Assembly: GCA_013115125.1 (NCBI GenBank)
Contig: JABANN010000051.1
Coordinates: forward strand, 62,001-97,867
DNA from: Perkinsus olseni
Taxonomy: Eukaryota
DNA length: 35,867 nt
Direction of reading: 5' to 3'
Part shown: piece after piece, positions 1-11,274 of the stretch
Position numbering within the stretch: position 1 is the first letter of the stretch
How the letters are laid out: every line of letters begins with the position of its first letter
The notes under the pieces: model-generated
Databases searched by the model: none
What the model was told of the DNA's origin: nothing
Seen by the model: the letters and a program-made list of their open reading frames with translations, nothing else
Position numbers and translations under genes: made by a program

Positions 1-1115
1 GGTTGTTGCAAATTCTCGCCGTCAATCGTCATAACGTTTTCATACCCGGCTTCGCTGACGCGGTAGGGCTCGAGCTGTGGGCCTCGAGGAGCGACAGTGG
101 GGCCCCGAGCTTGTGGGTAGGGTTTAGTACGCATCACTATTACGAAGGAAAAATCGATGCTGACGAGGACAGCGCGGGTGCTTTCGCTGAAGGTGCGCTT
201 GGCTGTAGCTGGCTGTCGATGCTGGCATGATAGGTATAAAAACTACTTTGGGAGATGCTGAGCCGAGTCCCTACGAGCTCTCAGCGAAGTTCGGCGAAGG
301 AAATGTCGTATCTTTGGCTGACCTCAGTAGATATAGTCACTTGGTCCTCAACGAAGATCTGTGATGCCGTTAAACGACGCCTTGAACGATGTCTCAATGA
401 AACTGAGTAGAATGACGGAGCTGAGGATAATCAGTTTTTTATGAACAGTGGTTATTCATCTGTTCGTTTTTTCGACTTTTCAATAGTTTTCTCGACTTCA
501 AATTCATTGCTCAGCCCTTCATGAATTTTTAATCACTTCGTTTTATGGAACGATCATCGACGATCGACACGGTACTCGATGCTCGTAGGCAATCGCGTAG
601 CTGACAAGTTTTTCTCTTCTACGGCACTTTACTTATGGTCAGAAATTGGCCAGAATGCCGATCATTCCCTCAGAGAAATTCCCTATTTCGATTAATAGAC
701 ACTGGTGCTGCGTTCTCAGTGGTTGTGAACATCGGACGGTAACGACAGACGAAAGATGTCGCGGATCATCCGAGTCTACAGGTGTACTAGCTACCAACGC
801 AAGGCTACCATAAAGCGTGTGTGATGTGAAATGCTCGGCGATTTGTCTGACCCGCCCTCCGACGGGAAAACGCTCTGCAGTGTAGAGTTGTGGCACTCCG
901 AGGTGATTTGGTCGACCAGACGAGGGCCTTTCACTGATCGCCCTTTGAATGTCGTCTGCCCTCCCTCATGTGAGAGAGCTGCGAGACTGAGAACATCGTC
1001 GTCACTTGAAAGAATTTATCCGCCGAACCAGAAAGAAGTTGTGAGTGAGCACTCGCAGCAAATTCAAGATCATAGCGGTGTTGGGACAAAGCCACTAATG
1101 CTGCATGCAAGAACA

Positions 1116-4100
1116 TCAATCGAATAAGCGATCGAAATATCCAGGAGCTGAGGAGCCGGAGCTCTCCTCTGATGAAGATGCTTCAGTCTGACTGTTACTG
1201 GAGCCGGACGAACTCCGCGACGTTCGACTTTCACTGTCGTAAGATGATGACCTCGAGGAATAGGAAGACGACCTTGTGAGACTGCGAGGCGATTCTTCGG
1301 AGCTCGCGGATGAGGTGGTGTAGGAAGACTCAGATCCACCAGAGCCGTCCTCATCGGAGACGGCCTCTCCGGAGAGCTGGTCCACAGCAAGGGCTATACT
1401 GCGGGGCAGCTCCGCGTCTGGGACGAGCTTGACCTGGAAACGAGCGCGGCAGAACGAGGACGGCGGAGCTGAGAAACTCTCGTTACCACATGGGCCTGTC
1501 CTGCGAGTTCCACTATTGGATACACTGGGGCGGAGTCGCGTTGGGGCACGCCACTGGGGCACTTGATGTCCACGAGCTCACCGTCAACGAAGATGTGCAT
1601 CCGACCGTTCAACCCCACTGCCAGGGTGACCTGATAAAACACTGACGAGGACGACGAGACCTTCCGCGGCGTAGGCACCATGCTGCCGCCTTGCAAGCCG
1701 TTTTCCAAGGTCCCACTCCACGGACAAGGCCTAGACTTGCGCTCCCAAAAGGGAGAGTACATCTTCCCCCTTAGCCCCACCATGAAGGTGTCAAGCACTC
1801 TATCGGCACTCTTGGCGAGCGGTTTGCTCTGATCGACGAAGACTAACACGGCTGCTGAGAGCGCGACTCACTCACTTTCGCTATATCATCTTTGATCTCA
1901 TCAGGAGTCGACGCTGTGACTCCGACTGCTAGGCCGTCAGCCAGCCCCGGCAAGAACGTCTCTACTATGGCGGAGTAGAAGAAGGAAAGGTACTTGTCGT
2001 GCCTCCTCAAAGGCTGAGCGCCGATCGCTATGTTCCCAGCGGAGGACTCGGCACCCTTCCGCCGACTGAGCCGTACGCCATCCTTGGACACGAGCAAGAA
2101 GCGCCATGGTGACGGGTAGAGGAAAGATCTGCGGAGTGACTACCTCATCAAGATTTGGACGACACGAGGGGGGGCGGTGCCTCACCTGCAGCCAGAGCGA
2201 ATGTTCGGTATCGTTTCCACCACGCTAACTCTGCTGACCCTCGCAGGGGGATTGGAATCATCAGAACGCCGAGGCTTCTGCAGATCCACCTGCTCCTCCC
2301 TGGGGGGCTCTACAGCCTGCGGGAGAGGGGTGATATCTACGACGCCACCACCCTCAATGGGTCTCGTCCGGTGCCGGGGACGACCAGAACGCTGAGAGGG
2401 AGACAAGTTCCGCGTTTTCAATTTCCCTTAGCAACTCACTCGAATGCTCCTGTGGGAGTCAGCTTGCGTGGTCGAGACTTTTCGTTGTGTACCACGTCCG
2501 CGGGCTCCGGCCCGAGACTGCCGACGCTGACAGAAACGATTATCTTCCTCCTACTCACTCGTAGAGACCCACTCGACCACTCTGACGGGGCTCAACAGCC
2601 ACCGTTCGTTGAGTCGCTGCTTCTGTATTACGGCGATTCGCTCTTGTGGGAGGCTGAGATGGCTGATAAAAACCCTGTTGTCACCCTCCCAAGAGCTCAT
2701 AATGACCAACCTCATCATTCTCATGGTCCTGCGGAGGCCGCGTCCTTCTGATAGCTCCTACCACATCTCCCTCATCGCCTGTGGTCCGAGGTAGGGGCTG
2801 AGGACACCGCTGGTGAAGAGACGATTATCGCACTTCTTTCCAGTCGCAACGACTTACCTGACCATCCTCGACCACCTTCCGAGGCATGCCGGGCGGTGGC
2901 GATGGGCTCCTCTGATTCTGCTGCTGTTGTAGTTGAATATTCGATAAGATATCCTTTGTACTGCGCATCAGATTTCGTATCTCTTGGAGTGACTCCATCT
3001 GTTCTCTCTTCATGCTTTTCTGTTGGGCCGACTCTTCAAGTCGTTTCCTCCTGCCTTGGGCCTGAGCATCTTACTCCCCTACGGCAGCCGGTGAGTATCG
3101 TTCTACCTCGATAATGGCATCCTTCAACCTCTGCAGATTCCGGCGTCTCCGTACAAATCGTTGAATCATCACGGCCGCATTATTCCTGTTGGACAGCTCA
3201 ATCGACGGCTGGGCTTCCTTCGGTGGCCCAGCGCTCGCTACGAAAGACACCGCCCAGATCCCCTTGCCGAGGTCCACCACCGGATAGACCTTAGGATTAG
3301 TAGCATCCAGAAGCGCAGCGCAGGTTATGTTCATCCGAGCGTGCAGCTGACCGTCGACGAATAGGGCGAGAATCTTTTCCTCCCTTGAGAGGAGAAGACC
3401 GATCCGAGTCGAGAGCCCTAGAGGGACGGCAGGGTGCTCCACTTCGATGTAGTTGGTATTGGGCAGGTCCCGTATGTGACAGACTTGGGGAATTCTATGT
3501 ATCCCCTGGGGCGACATATGATACCCCACGCTCATCGAGCGGCCCGTCTTCTGGCGCAACAGGCACCGCCGTTTCCCAAAGGGGGATGTCCCTTGTCCGG
3601 CTGCACTAGCCGGTTCAATCACCTCCCGCCGCAGCATCTTTATCTTGATCTCAAAGTACTTGACACCATCAGTGAATTCCTTCACAGGGCCGTTGCCGAC
3701 AACAACTCTGCCGCCGAGAGGGAGCTTCTCGTCCCCTCGGTCATCCAGAGCCACCACAGCCATCTTCCTGTCAGCTAGTACCCGTATGCTTCGACCAGCC
3801 ACGCCCCATTGGCAGCACACTCTGGCCTCCTCGATCTCCTCCTCAACGCTCTTGTCGTTCTCATCCCCAATGCACGCTGCTAGCTGATGAGTCGGGGGAG
3901 ACAGCGCGGACACTTGTACTAACGTAACCGCTCGGGCGTTGCCTAGCAGTTCGACCACCGGCCAAACGGGCATGTTGGTCGGGTCGAAGGGCACCTTAGG
4001 TCCCCTCACGACGACTCTGCCGTCTACTAGTAAGAACAGTCTGTGGCGCACGCCGCCATGAGCAGGGATTAATACGCCCACTCTCCTGCCAGCAGCGAGG

Positions 4101-4853
4101 GCCCTAGCTGGGGACCATCCAGTAGAAATGGCGGCGAACTGCGGCTTGCTCGACTCTGTTACTGACACTTGGCCATCGTAACCTACCAGAACCGTCCCGG
4201 GCAGGGTCCAGGAGCCACCGCCAGGTACAGAGGCGAGATTATCAGGGTTCGTGGCTGTGACACCCAAGGTCAGCCCGGCTGGAGGGTCCTCAGGAAGGAC
4301 TACTTTAGCTTGTGTCGCAGGGAGGGCGTCCACTCTTTTCACTGTGACCTCGTAGTACCAGCAACTGGAGAAGGCATGGACAGGGCCATTACCGATGATG
4401 GTGACGTTAGTGTCTCTCCAATGGACGGTCGAGGGCTTGTAGGCAAGGTTGGGGTCGTGTGAATCAACCCGTACATTGTCACCATGTAATTGGATATCCC
4501 AGCCAGTGAGACCTGAAAGTGCACTCCTAGGGGGTCGGAAGAGATCTAGCGCCTTTGCTGCTGTCGAAGGGAGTGCCAACTGCGCGACCTTTCGACCCTG
4601 AGGAGAAGCCGTGGCAGTCGAGGTCAGTGAAGGGGAATCGCCTACGATCTCCTGTGCTTCGGCCAAGTACTCTAGCTCTCGACGCTCTCTCCATGCAGCC
4701 ACAGGAGACCGTTGACGCGGCGTGCACGATGCAGTGGTGAGAGCTACACCGCCGGTGTCAGCCCGTGGGGTAACCGTTCTTGACGACCTACACTGACAGT
4801 GATGATTTCTCGAGGGACGCTGCTCGGCCGGCTAATTGACAGCGATGTAGCAT
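1116..4853 (-). CDS. Multi-exon protein with three Neuralized homology repeat (NHR/SPRY-like) domains, an IQ motif and a Ser-rich acidic tail
   Basis: The large exon (ORF 3071..4702) has two repeats of the NHR pattern (LGVTATNP...W...VGVLI...LFLLVDG...VWPVVELLG and IGLLL...LFVDGQ...VYPVVDLG), followed by AAVMIQRFVRRRR (IQ). A third repeat (LAVGVTASTP...MHIFVDGE...VYPIVEL) is spread over exons at ~2100-1500. The tail ends PGYFDRLFD* at 1116. The large exon has no early in-frame ATG and starts after an AG at ~4744, so a short first exon from ATG 4853 is inferred. Linker exons (~2180-3060) are uncertain and a split into two genes cannot be excluded. Confidence 0.65.
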
Positions 4854-5079
4854 TGTGGTTTCGAATGATACTAGCGTACGGACGAGTAACTTATACCCGA
4901 AAAAGACCTCTCACTCTTCGCGATGCAAGTTTGCTGACCGCAAGAAACAATCTATCTGTTGTGTCTAGGGCGCCTCGAGAAAATCAAGATCCCTACGCGA
5001 GACTGTCCTACCTCGAGGTGGACCTCGGTCGTCTGAGCGTCCCGTGAAGGCGTTCGTAGCTCCGTTGTGAGTCACTCAA

Positions 5080-5564
5080 ATGAGTGTTGAGATGTGCCTC
5101 CCTTTCTTGCCACTGATAGCGATTATCAGGAGTCGTTGGATCCACGGACATGAGCCTGTGCTGCCCGACAAGGTCAACTGGACGGCATCACCCGCAGTAC
5201 CCCCGACGGTGAAAAACGCAAGACGGCGCCTCGCTCCAGGATTCACATCTGCAATGTTTCTAGGTGGATTCATGGTAAGTGACTTATCGGCTCGTGCATG
5301 GTCCACTCACCTCTACAAGCTCTACCAAGTGCAAAAGCGAAACCCGTGAGGAACTGCAGAGTGCCGGCTCTCGGTGTAACCGGGCCTCTCGACGGCATTC
5401 TCGAATTCACGGCATGCGGGCTGCGGTTCGAGGCTGCGTGGATTACGACACGGCGAAGGTGCAACTTAAACTGGTGATTGTTAGCTTTTTTTCGTCCTCT
5501 GGTTTGTCACGCCTACAGTAGGAGGTTCTTGTATTGCGACGCGGATATTCACAACAACCTATAA
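5080..5564 (+). CDS. Small (~76 aa) hypothetical single-pass membrane protein, spliced
   Basis: Hand-built exons 5080-5093, 5130-5274, 5320-5345 and 5519-5564 (all GT-AG) give MSVEMSRWIHGHEPVLPDKVNWTASPAVPPTVKNARRRLAPGFTSAMFLGGFMLYQVQKRNPRRFLYCDADIHNNL*. Donors GTAAGT (5275) and GTGAGG (5346) are strong. The first two introns are in-frame, so their use is not proven. Confidence 0.5.
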
Positions 5565-6283
5565 CCACATGAAGAGGTTGACACATACGTTTCTCCTGAG
5601 CTTCTCGGGCGAAGTTGAGTGACGCGGAAGAATCTTGGTTTTAGAGTTGAGCTTCCGTAAAATTTCTGAGAAACTTAACTTACAAAAAAGTTCCACAGGA
5701 ACTACAACATCCTGAAACTTTCGAGAGAATGCTGACGACAGGGCAACCCGATTCTCGTCCTGATTTGCGGGCCAGGGCTGTAACGGAGGTGTCAGAAGCT
5801 CTCATGTCGTGGCAATTTCCCCGCGCAGGGTGACCGGCCAACAGGAGGGACACGCGTGCATTGATCTATCCTGGCAAAATCAGAACCGATTCTGAAGCTC
5901 AATATGGTTCCGGATGTCCAATAGAGCTCCTCTGAAATTCAAGAGCCCTCCCAGAATCCACCTACAATCGTTAGATTCATCACGAATGAGCGTTCTCCCC
6001 GATGGAATGACAATCCCGAAGACTATTCTAGGGCGCGCGCTACTTCGAGGGGCGTGCGCGAAAATCCACGATTCTCCGGCCTGACGGAGGAGTGCGAGTT
6101 CTTTGCGTCGGCTCTCTGGGCTTGGAACCATACCCCTGCGAACTTTAATATGAACTTGTATGAGACCATCTCCGTAGGTAGCTAGGAAGTTCTACTGAAG
6201 ATTCTCTTATCGAATCCTTCACCGTGCGCACTCAGTCGTTAGCCTGGCATCACCGCCAACGTTTCTCTCCGCCCTCCCCAATA

Positions 6284-6751
6284 ATGTCAGCTAACGTCTC
6301 AATCCCCAAGGCTGGTGCCGGTGCTGATCTGAGGAAGTTCATGGAGAAGCGACTTGATCGTAATAACGGTGGACTGTGTGGCAGTGGCAACAACGGTGCC
6401 TTCGTTCTTCAGTGAAGCTGAACGGCAACCGTCATGTCGTTGGAGTCCTCAGAGGATACGACCAGTTCATGAATCTCGTGCTGGATAATGCTGTACTAAA
6501 GGGGCCACTTACTTATGCGGGAAAAGTAGAGTTTCTCTTTGGGGCGTCCGGAGGGAGTAGTGGACCCTTCGGTGGGAACTTTGAACGATCCTATTTGCCG
6601 TATTTTTTTTGACTCTAAGATGCTGTTCGACGGTCTTTGGGTATCTCAGGTTGAGCTGGTCTCTCGTACCGAGAAGAAGGAAATCGGTATGACCGTTATC
6701 CGCGGTAACTCGGTGCTCATGTGGGAGTGCCTGGACAGGGTCACACAGTAG
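6284..6751 (+). CDS. SNRPG: Small nuclear ribonucleoprotein G (SmG)
   Basis: Exons 6284-6359, 6413-6492 and 6650-6751 give ...[71 protein letters not shown]. Sm1 and Sm2 motifs have SmG-type residues (KLNGNR, VIRGNS). Confidence 0.93.
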
Positions 6752-6998
6752 ATTAATAATTCCTCTAAAGAAGAGGTCGTTGGAACTAGTAGTAATAACA
6801 AGCACCTTCAACTCGATCGACCTTCAACCTTTCTGCCTAGGTATATGATGGTCTTAGTGGAGCGGACACTATTGAGGATTCTCATTTCCTATGCATACCG
6901 CTCTTTGTTGCGCTCCTAGTTTCATAGGGGGAGGCCACGGGCCGTTGCCAGAATGCTACATTAAATCTTCCCGAACAGTAGCAGTTTCATCGGTCTTC

Positions 6999-7761
6999 AT
7001 GTCTGATACGGAGACGTCAGAGGCGGACAAGAAGGGCCAAGAGAAGGCAGAAGAGAAGGCTGATGACAAAGCAACTACTAAACAGTAATGCCGAGGGAAT
7101 TCTCCTAGTACTGTACACCGTAGCACTCTCGGTTGGGTCGATTTCCCTTCTCAAAGCTATACTAGTTCTCTGGAAAATTCCGGCCACTGATGCGAGCCTT
7201 ATGGCATCCTGGAAGTCCCTTTCTTCTCGGCTGGTGGATATCTTCTCCGGGGGGTTTTATGCTGTTTGTTGTGAGGTACAAGGTTTTCGTGGGTAATATG
7301 CCCTACAACGCTGACCAGGACGCCCTTAAGCACTTCTTTAAGTGCGTCAAAGACGAACTGTTATCAATCCGATTGCTCACCGATAAGAAGAGCAACGAGT
7401 CCAGGGGCTGTGCCTTTGTCGAGTTCAGCGGCGCCGGAGCTATGAAGAAGGCTCTGGCGATGACCGGCAGCGAGTTGAATGGGCGCAAGTAGGTCTTCCT
7501 GCCCGATGGGCTGTGCCCAGCTTGTGTGCTCTGTTAGGTTGAGGATCGAACCTTCAGCAGCCGGCGGTGGGAAGAGTAGAAAGAGAACACAACGCATCAA
7601 CCGGAATAAGAAGCTAGTCGAGCGTGAGGTGATGATGATGGCACCATTGGAACTATCGGTGACGAGTTTTGGTGCAGATTAAGAAGAAGAGGAAGGTCTG
7701 GGCTGCCAAGAAGAAGACTGAGAAAGAGTCTGAAGACGCTCAGAAAACTTCACCAACGTGA
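6999..7761 (+). CDS. Single-RRM RNA-binding protein with Lys-rich termini (Nop6-like, probably nucleolar)
   Basis: Four exons. RNP2 KVFVGNMPY, RNP1 SRGCAFVEF, then SELNGRK|LRIEPSAAGGGKSRKR and a basic tail ending KTSPT* at 7761. The GGGKS motif directly after the RRM resembles fungal Nop6. Confidence 0.85.
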
Positions 7762-8216
7762 TCACCTGTCCACTCAGACGCTTTGCTTTTGTCATACCGT
7801 TGAGGGGGCCATAGGGGAGGGGGTTGGAGGTCGGAAAGGCACGATGGGAGACCGTGTGGATCGTGTTCGTTGGTCCCGTTCCAACAAAACGTGAACATGT
7901 CGCTACGCTTATACAGCCGATGCGCCAAGGCGCCCTCCTTTCCCACCGAGACGCAGCGTAAGGCCTCGGCTGGGAACTCTCAGACAGCGATTGCGGGCCA
8001 AAGATGGCAGACGGGCATGGCAGGCGGGCATGGCCGCTCAGTAGCTTTCTTCGTCTGCTCTCTGACTGATTTCCTAGTTGTGAACCCGGCGGTTTCTAAT
8101 ACTGTTTGTCATTATTTCGACTCTGTTACAGTCAGAGACAGCGTCAATTAGTTTGTTGTTTCTGTTCGGTCGGTGATGCGATGATACTAATTCATAGCCG
8201 TGCCGATTATGCCATC

Positions 8217-8298
8217 GACAGCGTGTCCGAGTGGTTAAGGAGGTGGACTAGAAATCCACTGGGCTCTGCCCGCGCAGGTTCGAATCCTGCCGCTGTCG
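8217..8298 (+). tRNA. tRNA-Ser (anticodon AGA), intronless
   Basis: Acceptor stem GACAGCG/CGCTGTC with discriminator G; D-arm GTCCGAGTGGTTAAGGAG; anticodon arm GTGGA-CTAGAAA-TCCAC; long variable arm GGGC-TCT-GCCC; T-arm GCAGG-TTCGAAT-CCTGC. Confidence 0.97.
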
Positions 8299-8650
8299 TG
8301 TTACGTCGCGCTCCAGTCATTGCCATACTTCTACCTGCTGGATTTGGTTGCCACGTATTCATTGTTAATAGTGTATTGATTAGTGATCAATGATCATTCT
8401 GAGAGCAATTTCCATTCCCCAATACCAGCATGCATGCGTGCACCCTCGCAGCTGTCGAAAGACTGGTTGGTTGTTGTGCGATCAGTATCAATGAGATTGG
8501 TGTAAGTCAGTTAGGGGTCATCTTGGCTTAAGTTCTACAATTGATGGGTTCACTTAATGCCTCGCAGCCCATAAAGGTGCACAACACCTGCCGTTAACAG
8601 TCCTCCGGAGAGATGATGGCACTGCCAAAACACAACACCCCCACGAATCA

Positions 8651-11274
8651 TCAAGAAACACCATTCTGCCCAGGAGGACTGTCCAAATTACTTATACGCA
8701 AAGATAGCTCATCAACCTGCAGAACGTGAGCATGCCATCATCGTCGCCGGACAAGCTGTCAGCCATACCTCCTTCCTCAACCTTTGTATCTCCTTGTCAT
8801 CCTCGATCTCAACACTCACTAACGGTGTTCTGTTCACTTGCTTCTCCAGGGAGCTCCTCTCCGACCGCAATTTAGCGAGGGTCTAACACCACCACTACGA
8901 GAAAACACAGTAGCAACACAGCACCTTCTGCAGCTCATCAAGCTCCTTCTCGTGTTTACTCCGCAGCCGCCGCAGCCGCTTCAATTCGTGCCGAAGTGCA
9001 GCCACCTCTTCCTTTCTTGTCTTCAACAAGGTCCTACATAAGACAGTTGCAAACACCAATACCGGATGAGCAAGTCGGGCCGAAACCCACAACGACGCGC
9101 GGAGAACCTCAGCTTACTCAGTCTTCTCTAGTTCTGGCATGTCAACCATTTCCATCAAGTACTGCTCATGCGAGGCGCGACTCTCTCCGATAGCTTCCAA
9201 CTCAGCGCACGCTTCCTCATACTGACACCACCACGGATTATGAGAACGGACGGCTGTTCCAGACCTTAGACATACCCGCCGGCGTTCTTCCTCAATCTGC
9301 GAGCTCAGAAGTATGTCCAACTCGCTCCTGGCCGTCGAGCTCTGCCCGGCGTTCATACTCGCCCGCCGGGCCCTTCGATCATCAGCCGATGATTCTGGTG
9401 AGGAGGACTCGGCTGCTGGTTCCAAGTCCAGCATCCTGCCAGACTCCTGGACCTACGGCGAGAGGACGTGGATTCAACCGTACGACACTCCCCCTTCAAC
9501 CTACTAGACGTCGGTGCACGAATGCATCCCTTTTGTAGTCCCAAATCCGACCGCTAGATACCTCCACGCAGAGGCTGTGCCCGGACTCCAACGCATGGTG
9601 CTTCGCGCAGGCCGCCTTGGTGTATCGTCCGCAGCCCACATGACCACACACGAGACACACCTGAAGGTTAACGAACCTCATTTCGAAGCGCGCCTGAGAA
9701 GAGCTTACCCACATGGGAGCGTCCCGAGTATGCGCTGCGCCGCACTCTTCGCACTTCATTGTCGTCGTCGGCCTGTGCATCCGCTCGCAGCACTCACACC
9801 AATCTGCGAAGACAACAGTTTCAGTGGAATGCTATGAAAATCCCCCGCGCGAGAGACTATGAAGTTACCTGCCCGGTTGGTTCCGGACGACATCTCGAGC
9901 CATCCGTGCTTGCCGGTTATGATACCGGTAACCGTGACATCCAGGCGTTCGAGACAATAAGGGCAGGATGGGAGCTGCCAGAGAACCATCTCAGCAATGA
10001 GGAACCCTGCCATTGCTCACTACCGGAGAGCCGTATCCTCGCCGGGGTGTTGCACTAGCCTTCATTTCTTCTATGCTGCTGCAGATACTCACGCGGAGCT
10101 CGCTCAAGAACAGTACGTAGCACACTGGGCCTGCCGAATGCCTTGACTCCGATCGACCAAAGTGCCTCGACGAGAAAAATCTCTTCAAAATTCAAGAACT
10201 ACACGGCTATGATAAACAGGCCCGATCATCGGGCCCCGATGCCGATGAAAAACACCCAGCATGTGGCTACTACGTGTTGGAGTATCAAAATAACCGCAAA
10301 GTGAGGCTATGAGGCGCGTAGCCTCCCGGCTCTCACCTGTTATGATAGCGCTTGTAGAACTTATCTGCAGCGTTCTGCGACTGGAAGCTGATCACCACAC
10401 TACCCTTACCTGAAAAACACTATGGAACACCTCCAAGGCGCGCGGCATCGATAAATCTCAGTTACATCGCGACTACGCCCGAGAGCCCGTCTACTACAAT
10501 TCGACCACTACTTACATGAGGCGGAAGTATCTCCAGGTTGATCGTCTACGCTACCAGTACTTCCACTGTTCTCATAAATCAAATAGGATGCACGGACTAT
10601 ATCGTCAACGAAGGCGTCCAGCCAAGGCGCTACATCTGACTGAACCGCAGCACCAAATGGAGGGCACTCCACCAGTAGTCGGTGGAGATAAGAGCCGCTC
10701 GAAAACGCACTCGCAGCAATTGGCTCTCCTCCACCGTAGTTCAACCTTTGATATTTGCTGAGCTAAAGGGAGCGGCTACTATCGACGTCCTACCCGGTCC
10801 GTAATCCCGAGAACCAGAACCTCGCGACTCCGTTGCAGTGGCAATGCATTGACCCCATCGAAAGAGCCTCCGCTATCATCGCGATAAAGAGTAAGCCGGC
10901 CTGAAGCAGAAGAACCATACAGACTACTGAGAACGAGCGATTCAGCAAGCCTCGAAGAAGCTTGAAACAATGTCACAATGGCAGCAGCTATTCAACTGAG
11001 TATGATCGACGGCTCTGCTGTTCTGCTAACCCGGTCAGCAGAGCGCCACAAAAGGCTGGCGGATGGAACCTGATCTCCGTAGGAAAACCGCTTACAATGC
11101 TGAGTTGGCTGTTCTTCGATTACGCCGTAGCACTCATCATCGCTGGTGGAATCAACAGACTCATCACGACTTTCAAACCTACACATAGCCGAGAACAAAC
11201 TCGAGAATATGCCATACCATACCACACGAAATCGCAATCCTATTCAAAGCGCCCATAAAGAGTTTCCATTCCAT
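8651..11274 (-). CDS. BRAP: BRCA1-associated protein (BRAP2/IMP/ETP1)-like: BRAP2 domain, degenerate RING, zf-UBP, coiled coil
   Basis: Multi-exon. SGRLTLYRD, SVVISFQSQNAADKFYKRYHNR and VCYVLFLSE (BRAP2 domain); LPSCPYCLERLD; CEECG...WVCLVCGHVGCGRYTKAACAKHHALESGHSLCVEVSSGRIWDYKRDAFVHRRL (zf-UBP); heptad-rich exons; last exon VDELSLRISNLDSPPGQNGVS* ending at 8651. The start codon (11274) is tentative. Confidence 0.88.

Noticed and set aside
1..420. Minus-strand FIETSFK (~382-402), resembling a Rab G5 motif, and a possible gene start running off the left edge
   Set aside because: No other GTPase motifs in frame or nearby; the short open frame at the edge is too short to identify.
5350..5570. 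SURF1-like reading (YQVQKR...VRGCVD...EVLVLRRG)
   Set aside because: It needs poorly supported junctions and ends in a stop soon after; the simpler 4-exon microprotein model fits the splice signals better.
7085..7275. H/ACA snoRNA call for the two-hairpin intron
   Set aside because: No ANANNA hinge or terminal ACA box found.
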